Shown here in pieces: positions 10,030 to 19,108 of a stretch of DNA of 64,000 bases. The translations under genes were made by a program, and so were the position numbers. Origin of the DNA: an uncultured Gammaproteobacteria bacterium (GTDB lineage: Bacteria; Patescibacteriota; Patescibacteriia; UBA1558; GWA2-36-10); NCBI GenBank assembly GCA_964424615.1, contig CAYRIU010000007.1:20052-84051 (forward strand). The letters are read 5' to 3'. Each line of letters opens with the position of its first letter. The first letter of the stretch is position 1. The notes under the pieces are model-generated. The model did not search any database. It saw only the letters and a program-made list of their open reading frames with translations, and was not told the origin of the DNA.

Positions 10030-11787
10030 TTATTTATTAGCAATAGTCATATTGACCTGCAAATTGGCTTGTTGATTATTGACATCAATACTTTTGATTG
10101 TGTAATTAAATGATTTAATGTCCAAATTAGCAGCCTTTTGCCTGTCATTAACTACTGGTAACTGACTGGTCAAAATATTTTTGATATCAGTCTGATTGAT
10201 AGCCAAAACTTGAAAGGTAGCTGTAATATTGATAGCCTGGCCTACTGTAAAATTTTCAATAGTTGGCTGAATATCATCGACGGTTGTATTGACAATAGCC
10301 GGTATCAAATACAAAACGCCCTTGCTATATTCCTTGTTCAGACCACCGAGCAATTGCGTAGTCATGTCAGCTAAAATATTTTTCTTGACCTGCTCATAGC
10401 TAAGTTCTGGATAATCCCTCTGCTGACTCAAGGTAAAAGGCACAAGCTGGGCATAGACAAAATCTTTAGCGCCAACTTTATTTTCCACTCCCACTACTAC
10501 TGATTTGTCAGTAAAATCAAAACTAATTTTTGGATTAAGTAATGTTTTTATAGGACCACGCAAAAACCAAGCTGCCCCCGCTAAGCCAACCAAAATAATA
10601 GCCACAATAAAATAAACACTAGTAATCACTTTTTTCCAAGTAGCTTCTTCTACTTCTGCATCATTGACATCATCACTATTGCCCTCTGAGGCATTATTTT
10701 TTTCCTTGTGAGCTTTATCAGCTAATAAACCTAATTTGTTTCTATTGGCTTCATTAAAAAAATTGAGCTCGCTCTTGGTATGAGCTAGGCGAGCCAAGCC
10801 CAAAGCATTGATATACTTGGTAAATACAACTTGATCTTTATCTTTGTGTTCACTCAAAAAACTCTCACCAATAAAAGCTGGTACAGATAAATTGGCACTA
10901 AAATAATCCACCAATCCGCGCATCTGGGTCAGACCACCGATCAAAATCACCTGCTCTATTTTTAAATTAGACATCTGCTCCCAATAAACCACAAAACGCT
11001 TGATCTCATCGGTCAATGGCTGGAGTTGTCCCTGCAACATGAGCATCACTTCTCCGTCACCAGGTGCAGCAGTCAAGCCAACATCGCGCAATCTATTTTC
11101 GGCTTCAGCATAGCTAATATTAAATCTATTCTTCACAGCTACTAAAATCTCATTACCCCCAATGCCTATATTGATAGAAGATCGGATGCCACGTCCATCA
11201 TAAATACTAGCAATAGTCACTTTTGATCCTAAATCCAAAAGTAAGGTGGTAGTTTTTTTGAATTTATCATGCAGACCAGCAATAGCAGCTATAGACTCGG
11301 TAGTAATACCAGCTACTTCTATATCCAAATCTTTAAATAATTTGATATAAGAACGCACAATGTCCATCTCGGCTGCTATATAGGTAAACTCCCTATGACT
11401 ATTGTTGACCAAAAGCTCCTGAGAAGCAGTCAATAAATTATCAAAATCTTCTGGTATGGTCTCCTCTGCTTGATGCTGTATAGCTTCTGGTACTTCTTTG
11501 GATTTCAAAGCTTTTGGTATACTGATATTCCTAATAAAAGCCCTAGACTCTGGTATAGAAAAATATACCTTACTTGGATTTATGGGTCTGGGGTGACCAT
11601 TTTTAAACATAGCTGATAGCGCATCTTTGAGCTTGTCTGCCTTTACTAGACGACCACCCTCGATAATATCTGGTGAAATCCTAAATCTAGAATAGCTATC
11701 TACACTAAAACCAGTGCCATGCTTCTTGAGGACAATAGCCTCAATAGAGGCATCTGACATATCTAGACCAATAATATCCTTGGACAT
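10030..11787 (-). CDS. pilM: Type IV pilus assembly protein PilM fused to a PilN/PilO-like membrane segment
   Basis: Actin-like PilM N-terminus (IIGLDMSDASIEAIVLKK), a TM helix around residue 400 (VYFIVAIILVGLAGAAWFL), then a periplasmic domain. Start set at ATG 11787 (MSKDIIG); the ORF-track extension to 11850 would translate through the conserved leader element. Confidence 0.8.
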   Translation of the reverse strand: MSKDIIGLDMSDASIEAIVLKKHGTGFSVDSYSRFRISPDIIEGGRLVKADKLKDALSAMFKNGHPRPINPSKVYFSIPESRAFIRNISIPKALKSKEVPEAIQHQAEETIPEDFDNLLTASQELLVNNSHREFTYIAAEMDIVRSYIKLFKDLDIEVAGITTESIAAIAGLHDKFKKTTTLLLDLGSKVTIASIYDGRGIRSSINIGIGGNEILVAVKNRFNISYAEAENRLRDVGLTAAPGDGEVMLMLQGQLQPLTDEIKRFVVYWEQMSNLKIEQVILIGGLTQMRGLVDYFSANLSVPAFIGESFLSEHKDKDQVVFTKYINALGLARLAHTKSELNFFNEANRNKLGLLADKAHKEKNNASEGNSDDVNDAEVEEATWKKVITSVYFIVAIILVGLAGAAWFLRGPIKTLLNPKISFDFTDKSVVVGVENKVGAKDFVYAQLVPFTLSQQRDYPELSYEQVKKNILADMTTQLLGGLNKEYSKGVLYLIPAIVNTTVDDIQPTIENFTVGQAINITATFQVLAINQTDIKNILTSQLPVVNDRQKAANLDIKSFNYTIKSIDVNNQQANLQVNMTIANK

Positions 11788-11808
11788 TTTAAATACTTTA
11801 CTTCTTAA

Positions 11809-11949
11809 TTCACCCCGTTGAATAGTCCCGCTAGGCGGGACTACCGCCAAAAAAATATTTTTAATTATTTTATTTTTATCATTAAATAATTAACTCTTCT
11901 ATCACCAATAGTATTTAGGTGGCGGTATTCAACAGGGTAAATTATAACA
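11809..11949 (-). promoter_or_regulatory. Promoter plus structured 5' leader element, copy 1 (upstream of pilM)
   Basis: Minus strand: TGtTATAAT (plus 11941-11949), then ttaccctgttgaataccgcc, a 72-nt AT-rich spacer, ggcggtag, hairpin tcccgc-cta-gcggga, ctattcaacggggtgaa, about 21 nt, then the pilM ATG. Same architecture as 61654-61800. Confidence 0.6.
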
Positions 11950-11962
11950 TTTTTCAAAAAAT

Positions 11963-11992
11963 AAAAAAAGTTGGCTCAATAACCAACTTTTT
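11963..11992 (-). terminator. Rho-independent terminator after the Cys-rich pilin gene
   Basis: Hairpin agttgg-ctcaataa-ccaact flanked by an A7 run on the plus strand (T7 on the minus strand) and a T run, so it can act in both directions. Confidence 0.7.
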
Positions 11993-12026
11993 ATGATTAT
12001 ATTATATAATAAATAAAACACTTGTA

Positions 12027-12902
12027 TTACATACTAGGACAAATTTTAGTACAACCACCACAATTGGCATTGCAATAACCACCACTACAACCAACTGGTC
12101 CGGAGTGTGGGGTACCAGCAACGCCACATTCTGGGCCAGTATAGTCACACACCTCCGTCCTAGATACAGTACCATTACACGTATCGTTGCAATAAGTGCC
12201 ATTCTGCTTGATACCATCACCACACACTTCGGCACCATCATCACAAGTCTCTGTCAAAGTGATAGTAGCTGTACAAGTAGAATTGCAATGATTACTACCG
12301 CTTTCTACAATAAGATTACCACAAGTTTGAGTTTCATCTGTAGTATTGCCATCATCACAGACTTCTGTGCCTTCTATACTGCCATTGCCACAGACCTGAC
12401 AAACTCCACAATCACCACCGCAAGTACTACAGCTTTCTGTGGCATTACATATGCCATCACCACAACAAGAATTGTTCAAACAAGTACCAGCAATATAATC
12501 CTTGTGTGACTGAATAAAAAATGGCGAACTAGAAACATTGACTAGCATCACTACCGACTTACTCCAAGAGCCTACAGCCGAAGTAGTGGTAGCTGTAGAG
12601 GTAACTGTCTTAAGACCAGCATCAGTAGCAGAAATCTTATAAGAACAACTAACACCACCAATGTCAATAGAATAATCACCAGATGCACTAGTAGTAGAAG
12701 CTATCTGCCACATAGCATCACTCAAACAAGCATCAATATTGTACATCACATCATCAGACTCTAGAGTATGATAATTAGCGATATTATTTGAAGTATTGAC
12801 CATAGCGATGATCACACTGGAGACAATAAAAATAGAAGTGATCATAATCACAAAAATCAACGCTACAAACCCATTATTATTTTTTCTTAAATTATTTATC
12901 AT
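12027..12902 (-). CDS. Pilin-like protein with C-terminal cysteine-rich repeats (Myxococcus Cys-rich-repeat-like CGNG..E.CDDGN)
   Basis: 291 aa. N-terminal hydrophobic prepilin-like helix (NNGFVALIFVIMITSIFIV). C-terminal approx 150 aa has more than 30 Cys with two CG(N/D)G...E(V)CDDG(N/A) units. Confidence 0.7.
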   Translation of the reverse strand: MINNLRKNNNGFVALIFVIMITSIFIVSSVIIAMVNTSNNIANYHTLESDDVMYNIDACLSDAMWQIASTTSASGDYSIDIGGVSCSYKISATDAGLKTVTSTATTTSAVGSWSKSVVMLVNVSSSPFFIQSHKDYIAGTCLNNSCCGDGICNATESCSTCGGDCGVCQVCGNGSIEGTEVCDDGNTTDETQTCGNLIVESGSNHCNSTCTATITLTETCDDGAEVCGDGIKQNGTYCNDTCNGTVSRTEVCDYTGPECGVAGTPHSGPVGCSGGYCNANCGGCTKICPSM

Positions 12903-12906
12903 AATA

Positions 12907-14214
12907 TTAATTTGCTCCCTGAGATTGTAGAGCCCAAATCTCTGAATTTGATAAAGCTCTATTATACAAACGTAATTCGTCTATAGTGCCAGCAAAATGA
13001 TCACCAATATGCGGATAGTTGCTAGTAGAATCATTGACCAAGAATGGCAGACTAGAAGCTGTAGTTGTACTAATATTGCCAACTCCTTTTTCATAGATCA
13101 ACATTTTAGCACTATCAGTAGGTAGATCATATACGACAGTAATATTGTAGACGGTGGCGTCAGCTAATATAGAACCGGCATCCAAAATATTAGAGCAAGT
13201 TGTGCCATTACACAAAGTAAAAATTACTTGCCCAGCATCTTCATTATTCAATAAATAATAACCCTTTGAACTACCATTAAATTTATTTATAATACCATGC
13301 TCTGAGGCATCTGGTGCATCAGTCTTGACCCAGGTGGATATGGTAAAACCATTACCAAAATTGAATTGTTCTGGATTATTAACATAACAATAATCAGAAT
13401 CTGCAGGATCAAAGTAAAAAGCATTGGTACTGCCATCTACCAAACCAGTAACAGATGTTGGACCACCAGTGCCAGTGCAAATCAAATTATAACCACCCAC
13501 CTTATCTGTGGCTGCACTAGTATCTGTATCATCAAACTTGTACCAGCTGACTAAGCCATTTGGCTGCTCATTGCGCATATCAGCAGTACTAGTAGCCTCT
13601 GAGCTAGCTCGCAAGCTAATCTGATCAGATGAAGGTAAAGTGACCTTGAGATGAGTAGTGACAGTGCTATAGCTATTGGCTGTGGTAGAAGCTGTAGAAG
13701 TAGAAAAATCCAGATTAGAATTGGTCACTATCACTTCTGGGCCAGTCAAAAAATAAGAATTATCCGCACTAGCTGCGCAGGCATTGTATTGACCATTGTT
13801 GGCAATATTTGGATAACAAGTCATCTTAAGGCGATTATTTACTACTGTAATTTTTACTCCCCCACCTCTCTCTACACACACGCCTGGTAAATAATTATCA
13901 TCTTCAAAATACAAAGCTAATATTGGTGGATTGACATTAAAATTAGAGCAATCTCCATCTATATCTTTGAGTAAACCATCGGCATTTCTGATCAAATAAT
14001 TAATAGTAGATAAAGCAGAACGTCTATTACGAGAAGCGTCTATATTAGCACTGATCTTGGCAGTCGTATTACCCATAGTCAAAGCAAAATCTACAACCGC
14101 CGAAATCACAATACCAACAATAGCCAAATAAATAATAGCTTCTACCAATGTAAAAGCAGCTAAAGATTTTTTTTGACGCAAAATATTATTTTTTAAACAT
14201 ACTTTCTTGAACAT
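12907..14214 (-). CDS. Pseudopilin with C-terminal LamG/concanavalin-A-like lectin domain
   Basis: 435 aa. Prepilin-like N-terminus (SLAAFTLVEAIIYLAIVGIVISAVV). C-terminal LamG_3-like pattern (NGLVSWYKFDDTD...GYNL...FTISTWVK...IDELRLYNRALSNSEIWALQ). Confidence 0.75.
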   Translation of the reverse strand: MFKKVCLKNNILRQKKSLAAFTLVEAIIYLAIVGIVISAVVDFALTMGNTTAKISANIDASRNRRSALSTINYLIRNADGLLKDIDGDCSNFNVNPPILALYFEDDNYLPGVCVERGGGVKITVVNNRLKMTCYPNIANNGQYNACAASADNSYFLTGPEVIVTNSNLDFSTSTASTTANSYSTVTTHLKVTLPSSDQISLRASSEATSTADMRNEQPNGLVSWYKFDDTDTSAATDKVGGYNLICTGTGGPTSVTGLVDGSTNAFYFDPADSDYCYVNNPEQFNFGNGFTISTWVKTDAPDASEHGIINKFNGSSKGYYLLNNEDAGQVIFTLCNGTTCSNILDAGSILADATVYNITVVYDLPTDSAKMLIYEKGVGNISTTTASSLPFLVNDSTSNYPHIGDHFAGTIDELRLYNRALSNSEIWALQSQGAN

Positions 14215-14226
14215 TGATAAAAAAAT

Positions 14227-17200
14227 TTAACGGTAATTGAGGCGCAATGAATACAAGGTAGCTGTTTCCGAATTATTATTACAGGAAGTCAAAGCTAATC
14301 TATATCTAAAATATCTCAAGTTATTCAAAGAAGCTGGAGTGCTGCTGGTAAAATTTGACGCACTACTATCGGCAAATGCTTGACTATTATAAGTAGCAAA
14401 AGAATTGTCATTGCTACCCTCTAGTGTCAAGGTCAAAGAACAACCACTAGGTATACTTTGAAAAAGTTTGATACTATTCAAAACTTTGTCACTAGAACCA
14501 AGATCAATAATAGAAGATACTAAGCTACCAGGCGAACTATACAAAGAAGCATTGGACTCTGAACCAATAGAATAAAAAGTAGAAGTAGCAGTCATGTTAT
14601 TGTACTCTGTCTTGATCCAACCAGCACTACGCAAAGTTTTGGAAACACGCACTTCATCAATACCACCCTTAAAGAAATAACTACTAGAGCTCCAATCACG
14701 ACCAATGTACATATTATTTGAAGTGCCTATAGAATAGGAATCTGTAACAGCCGCTTTACTATTATCTGCGTTACCATTAACGTAAAATTGATAACCAACA
14801 CTTCTATCATTAGTCAAGGCAATATGCGTCCATATATCTTCTGTCAAAGCATTTGTTGTATAAACATCACCTAAGTCAACGCTACCAGATCCTGCCATAA
14901 ATTGTAGTTTATCTCCTGCTCCTTGATGATAGCGTATATTCCAACCTTCAGCTATAGTGGCATTACCATTACCTTTATATATAGGACAAGAATAATCCGT
15001 ACCCGTAGAATCCGGCTTGATCCAAAATTCTACAGTAAAATCACTGGTTCCTTGCTGATTATCAGCATTATTAGTGATAGTCTGATAGTCATAACTACCA
15101 TCATAAGTTTGACCATGACCAACTTTACCATTTGATTGTAAGGGGCCATTGGTAACATACTTGGTAGCATCATTAGTATTAAATTTGCTATTTCTATTTT
15201 TAGTGGTGCTAGCCACATTGAGTGTCACTAGATCATCCAGATGCTGAACTACTTGATAATTACTATCCCAAACGCTAGATACACGCTCCATAGGAGTAAT
15301 AATGTGGCTATTACCATAAAACATATAAATATCAGTATTCGTAATACTAGATAGAGATGGTATGCGTACATAAGCCTCTATTTGTCCTGTACTGGAGCTA
15401 TAAGATACTAATTCATGATCCAAAAGTGTGGTCTGATCATCAGCGGTAAATAAAATATCATAACCCTTGTCACTCTGTATTCTGCCACCATTGGTCACTG
15501 TTTTCAGGTAACTTTGTATTTCTGAAATCAAAACCGGAAAACTACTGTGTGGACCACTCTGCACTTGACTACTATTGATAGTAATTTTTCTTTGATAGCT
15601 AAAAGAAGTGGGAGTAGGACGTGTCTCTGGACGAGAAATAAAATACATACGAAAAACATAACCAGTACTATTATACTCTAAAAAGAAAAAACCACCCTGA
15701 GCACTAACATATCTAGCATAATGATGTGGCCAGGTAGTCATGGTAGAAGCATAAGTCGAAGTATCAGAAGTGACACTGGTGATATTCGTAGGATCAGATA
15801 CATCTAGGGCGTACATATTGGCTTCGGTAGTACTATAAGTAATGACAGTACCATCACCATCATATATCAAACCAGACGAACTAAAGGTAGCCGGAACATC
15901 ATAAGTATCAAGTAAAGTAAAACTACTACCTGTATCCCTCACTGTTTTGACTTCTGCGCTAGTTTCTTCTGTAGCTATAGCAAAAGTATTACCACTACCT
16001 GAATTACCTAAATAAACTAAATCATTAGTATGAGCGGAACCAGTATACTTATAAACCAAACTAACACTAGCCGTATTGGAAATATCCCACTTACTAATAG
16101 AATAAGCAGAATTTTCTCCAGTTACATACAAATAAGGTGTAGCTCCGCTCTCATCTAGCCACATATTATGTGGAGTGGTACCCCACTGTTGCCAAGCAGA
16201 AGATACTAGGTTACCTTGAGATGAGTTGCCAGCTAAGTCTCCAGTCAATGTAGAGCCATCAGCTGATATAGTAAATGAATATAAACCACCATAAGCGCCC
16301 GTAGCTAATAATTTGGTTTGAGCTGCGTTGATAGCTATATCCATAATCCTATTACTAGCCACAACATCAGTGGTATTGAGTGTCTGCACAATAGTCTGAG
16401 TATATAAATCAATCACTTGGATAAACTTAGCACCATCACTAAATGGTCCTCTGCCAAGATAAGCATAGTGTCCGTTGGGATGAATTTTACAAGAATAAAT
16501 CTCTTCAGCTATGGTCATATTCCACAAAAGATTAATTTTGTTCTCTCGGACATTGCTAATATCGTAGGCTGAAATACCAAGGCCACTACCACCACAAGCA
16601 TACATAGTATCTCCGTCTGGAGAAGTATCCATGGCATAGTTCGTTGGCCAACCACCAGTGATAGCAATATAAGTCTCTGGTGATAAATCAGCCCAATCAC
16701 CAAAACTGCCATTACTCGCTGACTGCAAGGCCAAAGAAACCTGACCAACAGTAGAGGTGCTCACATTGCTATAGGAAGATGAGGCAGTGATCATACTAGC
16801 CCAAAATTCATTGGCTGTGGTCCCAGACCAATCAGTCTGCTCCCAAGTTTTACTGGACCAATTGGTATAAAATGTAGTCAAAACATAATCAGCTATGCCA
16901 GTACCAGAAACTGTGACTGTCACTTGCTTGGTATCTGGGTCATCTGTGCCACCAGAAGCCACGATAGACCCAGCACTATTACGCTGCACATCACTGACTA
17001 CAATCACCCTAGTCAAGCCATTTGATATATTACTAGTGCCACTAAACTCCCACAAACCATTGTTTTTCTGCACTCCTCGGGGACTGCCATCAGCAGCTGC
17101 CACGATAGTTTGCCAGCCATTGTCCCTGATACTACGAGTAGCCTCCATACCCTCTTGGGCAAATTGGGCAATAGCTTGCTTATCACCAACACCAAAAAAA

Positions 17201-17320
17201 TTTTTATAAGAAGTAGTAAAAACATAAACAACTCCCGAGGCCAAAATAGAAAAAATAGCGATAGCTACAATCAGCTCTACCAGAGAGAAGCCTTGTATTT
17301 TTTTTAATATTTTTTTTCAT
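14227..17320 (-). CDS. Giant (~1030 aa) minor-pilin-like adhesin (beta-propeller-like region plus LamG domain); 5' end disrupted by a 1-nt frameshift in a poly-A(8) tract
   Basis: The ORF track gives 14227-17244 starting with a TTG inside a hydrophobic helix. Immediately upstream, the same frame reads KKILKKIQG|FSLVELIVAIAIFSILASGVV, a canonical prepilin signal, but the ATG at 17318-17320 is +1 out of frame across two A8 runs. A C-terminal LamG-like segment is present (TVEFWIKPD...GGIDEVRVS). Confidence 0.7.
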
Positions 17321-17322
17321 GA

Positions 17323-17883
17323 CTAATCACCATAATATACTAATCCTGCTGGAGTAGTACTGACTGTTTTTTGTTCACTCACTGTATTGACCAAGATAAT
17401 AGCCTGCTCTGGCATTTCATAAGCCAAAGTAGTAGTACTCAACCAACCAGCTACTCTAGAAAAATAAAATTCATTTTGCTGATCACTGTTGGCTAAAGAC
17501 ACGCCATTTTTCAAATCAAAAATACTATCATAAGAGCTGTCCCTCGTATCATAGCTCCTGCCTTTGAATACCACTACACAGTCACCGCTATTGAGACAGG
17601 CTGAATTATTATCCAATACCTTGACACCCCAATCGTCGGAAAAATATCCAGTCACAGCATAATTTCTAGCTTTGGCAATATGATCGACTACCGCTTTAGC
17701 GCTAGCGTCCAAACTTTTTTCTTGAGTACGACTACCCAACAAAGAAGCACCAGAAGACAACAAAATCAACATAATAGCCACTATCAACAAAACTTCAATC
17801 AAAGTAAAAGCTCCTTGGGGCAATATACCTTTTAGTCGATATTTATATATTTTTTTTATAAATAAATGCACAACAATTAACAC
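17323..17883 (-). CDS. Pseudopilin (prepilin-type N-terminal domain protein)
   Basis: 186 aa. ...KGILPQG|AFTLIEVLLIVAIMLILL with G-1 and E+5. The exact start is uncertain. Confidence 0.75.
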   Translation of the reverse strand: MLIVVHLFIKKIYKYRLKGILPQGAFTLIEVLLIVAIMLILLSSGASLLGSRTQEKSLDASAKAVVDHIAKARNYAVTGYFSDDWGVKVLDNNSACLNSGDCVVVFKGRSYDTRDSSYDSIFDLKNGVSLANSDQQNEFYFSRVAGWLSTTTLAYEMPEQAIILVNTVSEQKTVSTTPAGLVYYGD

Positions 17884-17891
17884 GTTACATT

Positions 17892-19106
17892 TTAGCCACC
17901 GCCTGATAATTCCATCAGTTTGAAGATTGGCTGGATGATACCAATAGCCACCACACCAACTACCAAACCAATGACAATCAATAAAGCCGGCTCCAAGATA
18001 CTGGAAAAATTCTTGGAAGCATTGTCAACATCTTCTTCATAAAAATCAGCTAGATAATCAAGTACATCGCTCAAATTACCAGAGTTTTCACCGACTCTGA
18101 TCATACGATACAACATAGGTGGAAAATATTGTCTATTAGCCATAGCATCAGATAGTGAATTACCTTTCAAAATATTATGATAAACTATGGTCAGCTGCTC
18201 TCTATAGACAGCGCTAGTCAAAGTATCTGATACTATTTTGAGAGCCTGATCAATAGTGATGCCACTATTCAACAAAGAGCCCATAGTACGACAATACAAA
18301 GCTAAATTCATTTCACGAATAATGTGACCTGCCAAAGGGATTTTCAGATAAAAATAATGTAGCCACAATCTAGTATTATAAAATCTCTCCATAATCTGTG
18401 CTGCTACTACCACTCCCACTACCACAGCAATAATCACCCACCAATAACTACTCAAAAAAGCAGAAGATGCTTGTAATAGCTTGGTCAGTGGTGGCATATT
18501 GTCACCCAAGGCAGCAAAAAAACCTTGTAATTTTGGCAACACCAAAGTAGATACCATGGTCATCAAGCCTAACACGGCAATCAAAACTATAATTGGATAA
18601 ATAGAAGCCGCTTTTATTTTACTACGTAGCTCATATGTTTTGTGTTGCTGGACAGCCAAAATTTCTAAATTTTTAGCTAGTGTACCAGATGATTCACCGA
18701 CAGCTACCATATTCACAAAAAGATTGTTAAAATCTTTGGGATACTTTTTCAAAGCACTGGCAAAAGAATTACCTTTGCGCACTTCATTGAGCAAGCCGAC
18801 CATACGATCATGCACCAATGGTGAAGCACCATCAGCCAAAACTTCCAAAGCAGCGTCAATAGACATGCCAGATTTTATCATCACTGAGAGATGTTTGGAC
18901 ATCATGACTCTGTCCACCAAGCGCATAGAGCCGATAATAATCTGCTTTTTGGTTATATTTTTTTTGTCTTTGCTATATTGTTCTAGAGAAACCAAAGTCC
19001 CCTCCTGCAAAGCTAAACGATTGCGAGCTTCTTGGATATTAGCCGCATCCATTTTGCCTTTGACGATCTTACCTTGATTGTCAGTGAGTTTATAATTAAA
19101 CTGCAT
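17892..19106 (-). CDS. pilC: Type IV pilus inner-membrane platform protein PilC (GspF family)
   Basis: 404 aa with two T2SS_F domains and three TM segments. Confidence 0.9.
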   Translation of the reverse strand: MQFNYKLTDNQGKIVKGKMDAANIQEARNRLALQEGTLVSLEQYSKDKKNITKKQIIIGSMRLVDRVMMSKHLSVMIKSGMSIDAALEVLADGASPLVHDRMVGLLNEVRKGNSFASALKKYPKDFNNLFVNMVAVGESSGTLAKNLEILAVQQHKTYELRSKIKAASIYPIIVLIAVLGLMTMVSTLVLPKLQGFFAALGDNMPPLTKLLQASSAFLSSYWWVIIAVVVGVVVAAQIMERFYNTRLWLHYFYLKIPLAGHIIREMNLALYCRTMGSLLNSGITIDQALKIVSDTLTSAVYREQLTIVYHNILKGNSLSDAMANRQYFPPMLYRMIRVGENSGNLSDVLDYLADFYEEDVDNASKNFSSILEPALLIVIGLVVGVVAIGIIQPIFKLMELSGGG

Positions 19107-19108
19107 AT

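Noticed and set aside
11788-11850. N-terminal extension of pilM (MAVVPPSGTIQRGELRSKVFK...) in the ORF track
   Set aside because: The extension translates the conserved leader element (hairpin and helix arms). The ATG at 11787 gives the canonical PilM N-terminus.
12002-12244. 80-aa ORF overlapping the 3' end of the Cys-rich pilin gene
   Set aside because: Alternative frame of the same strand within a coding region; hydrophobic low-complexity translation; no support.
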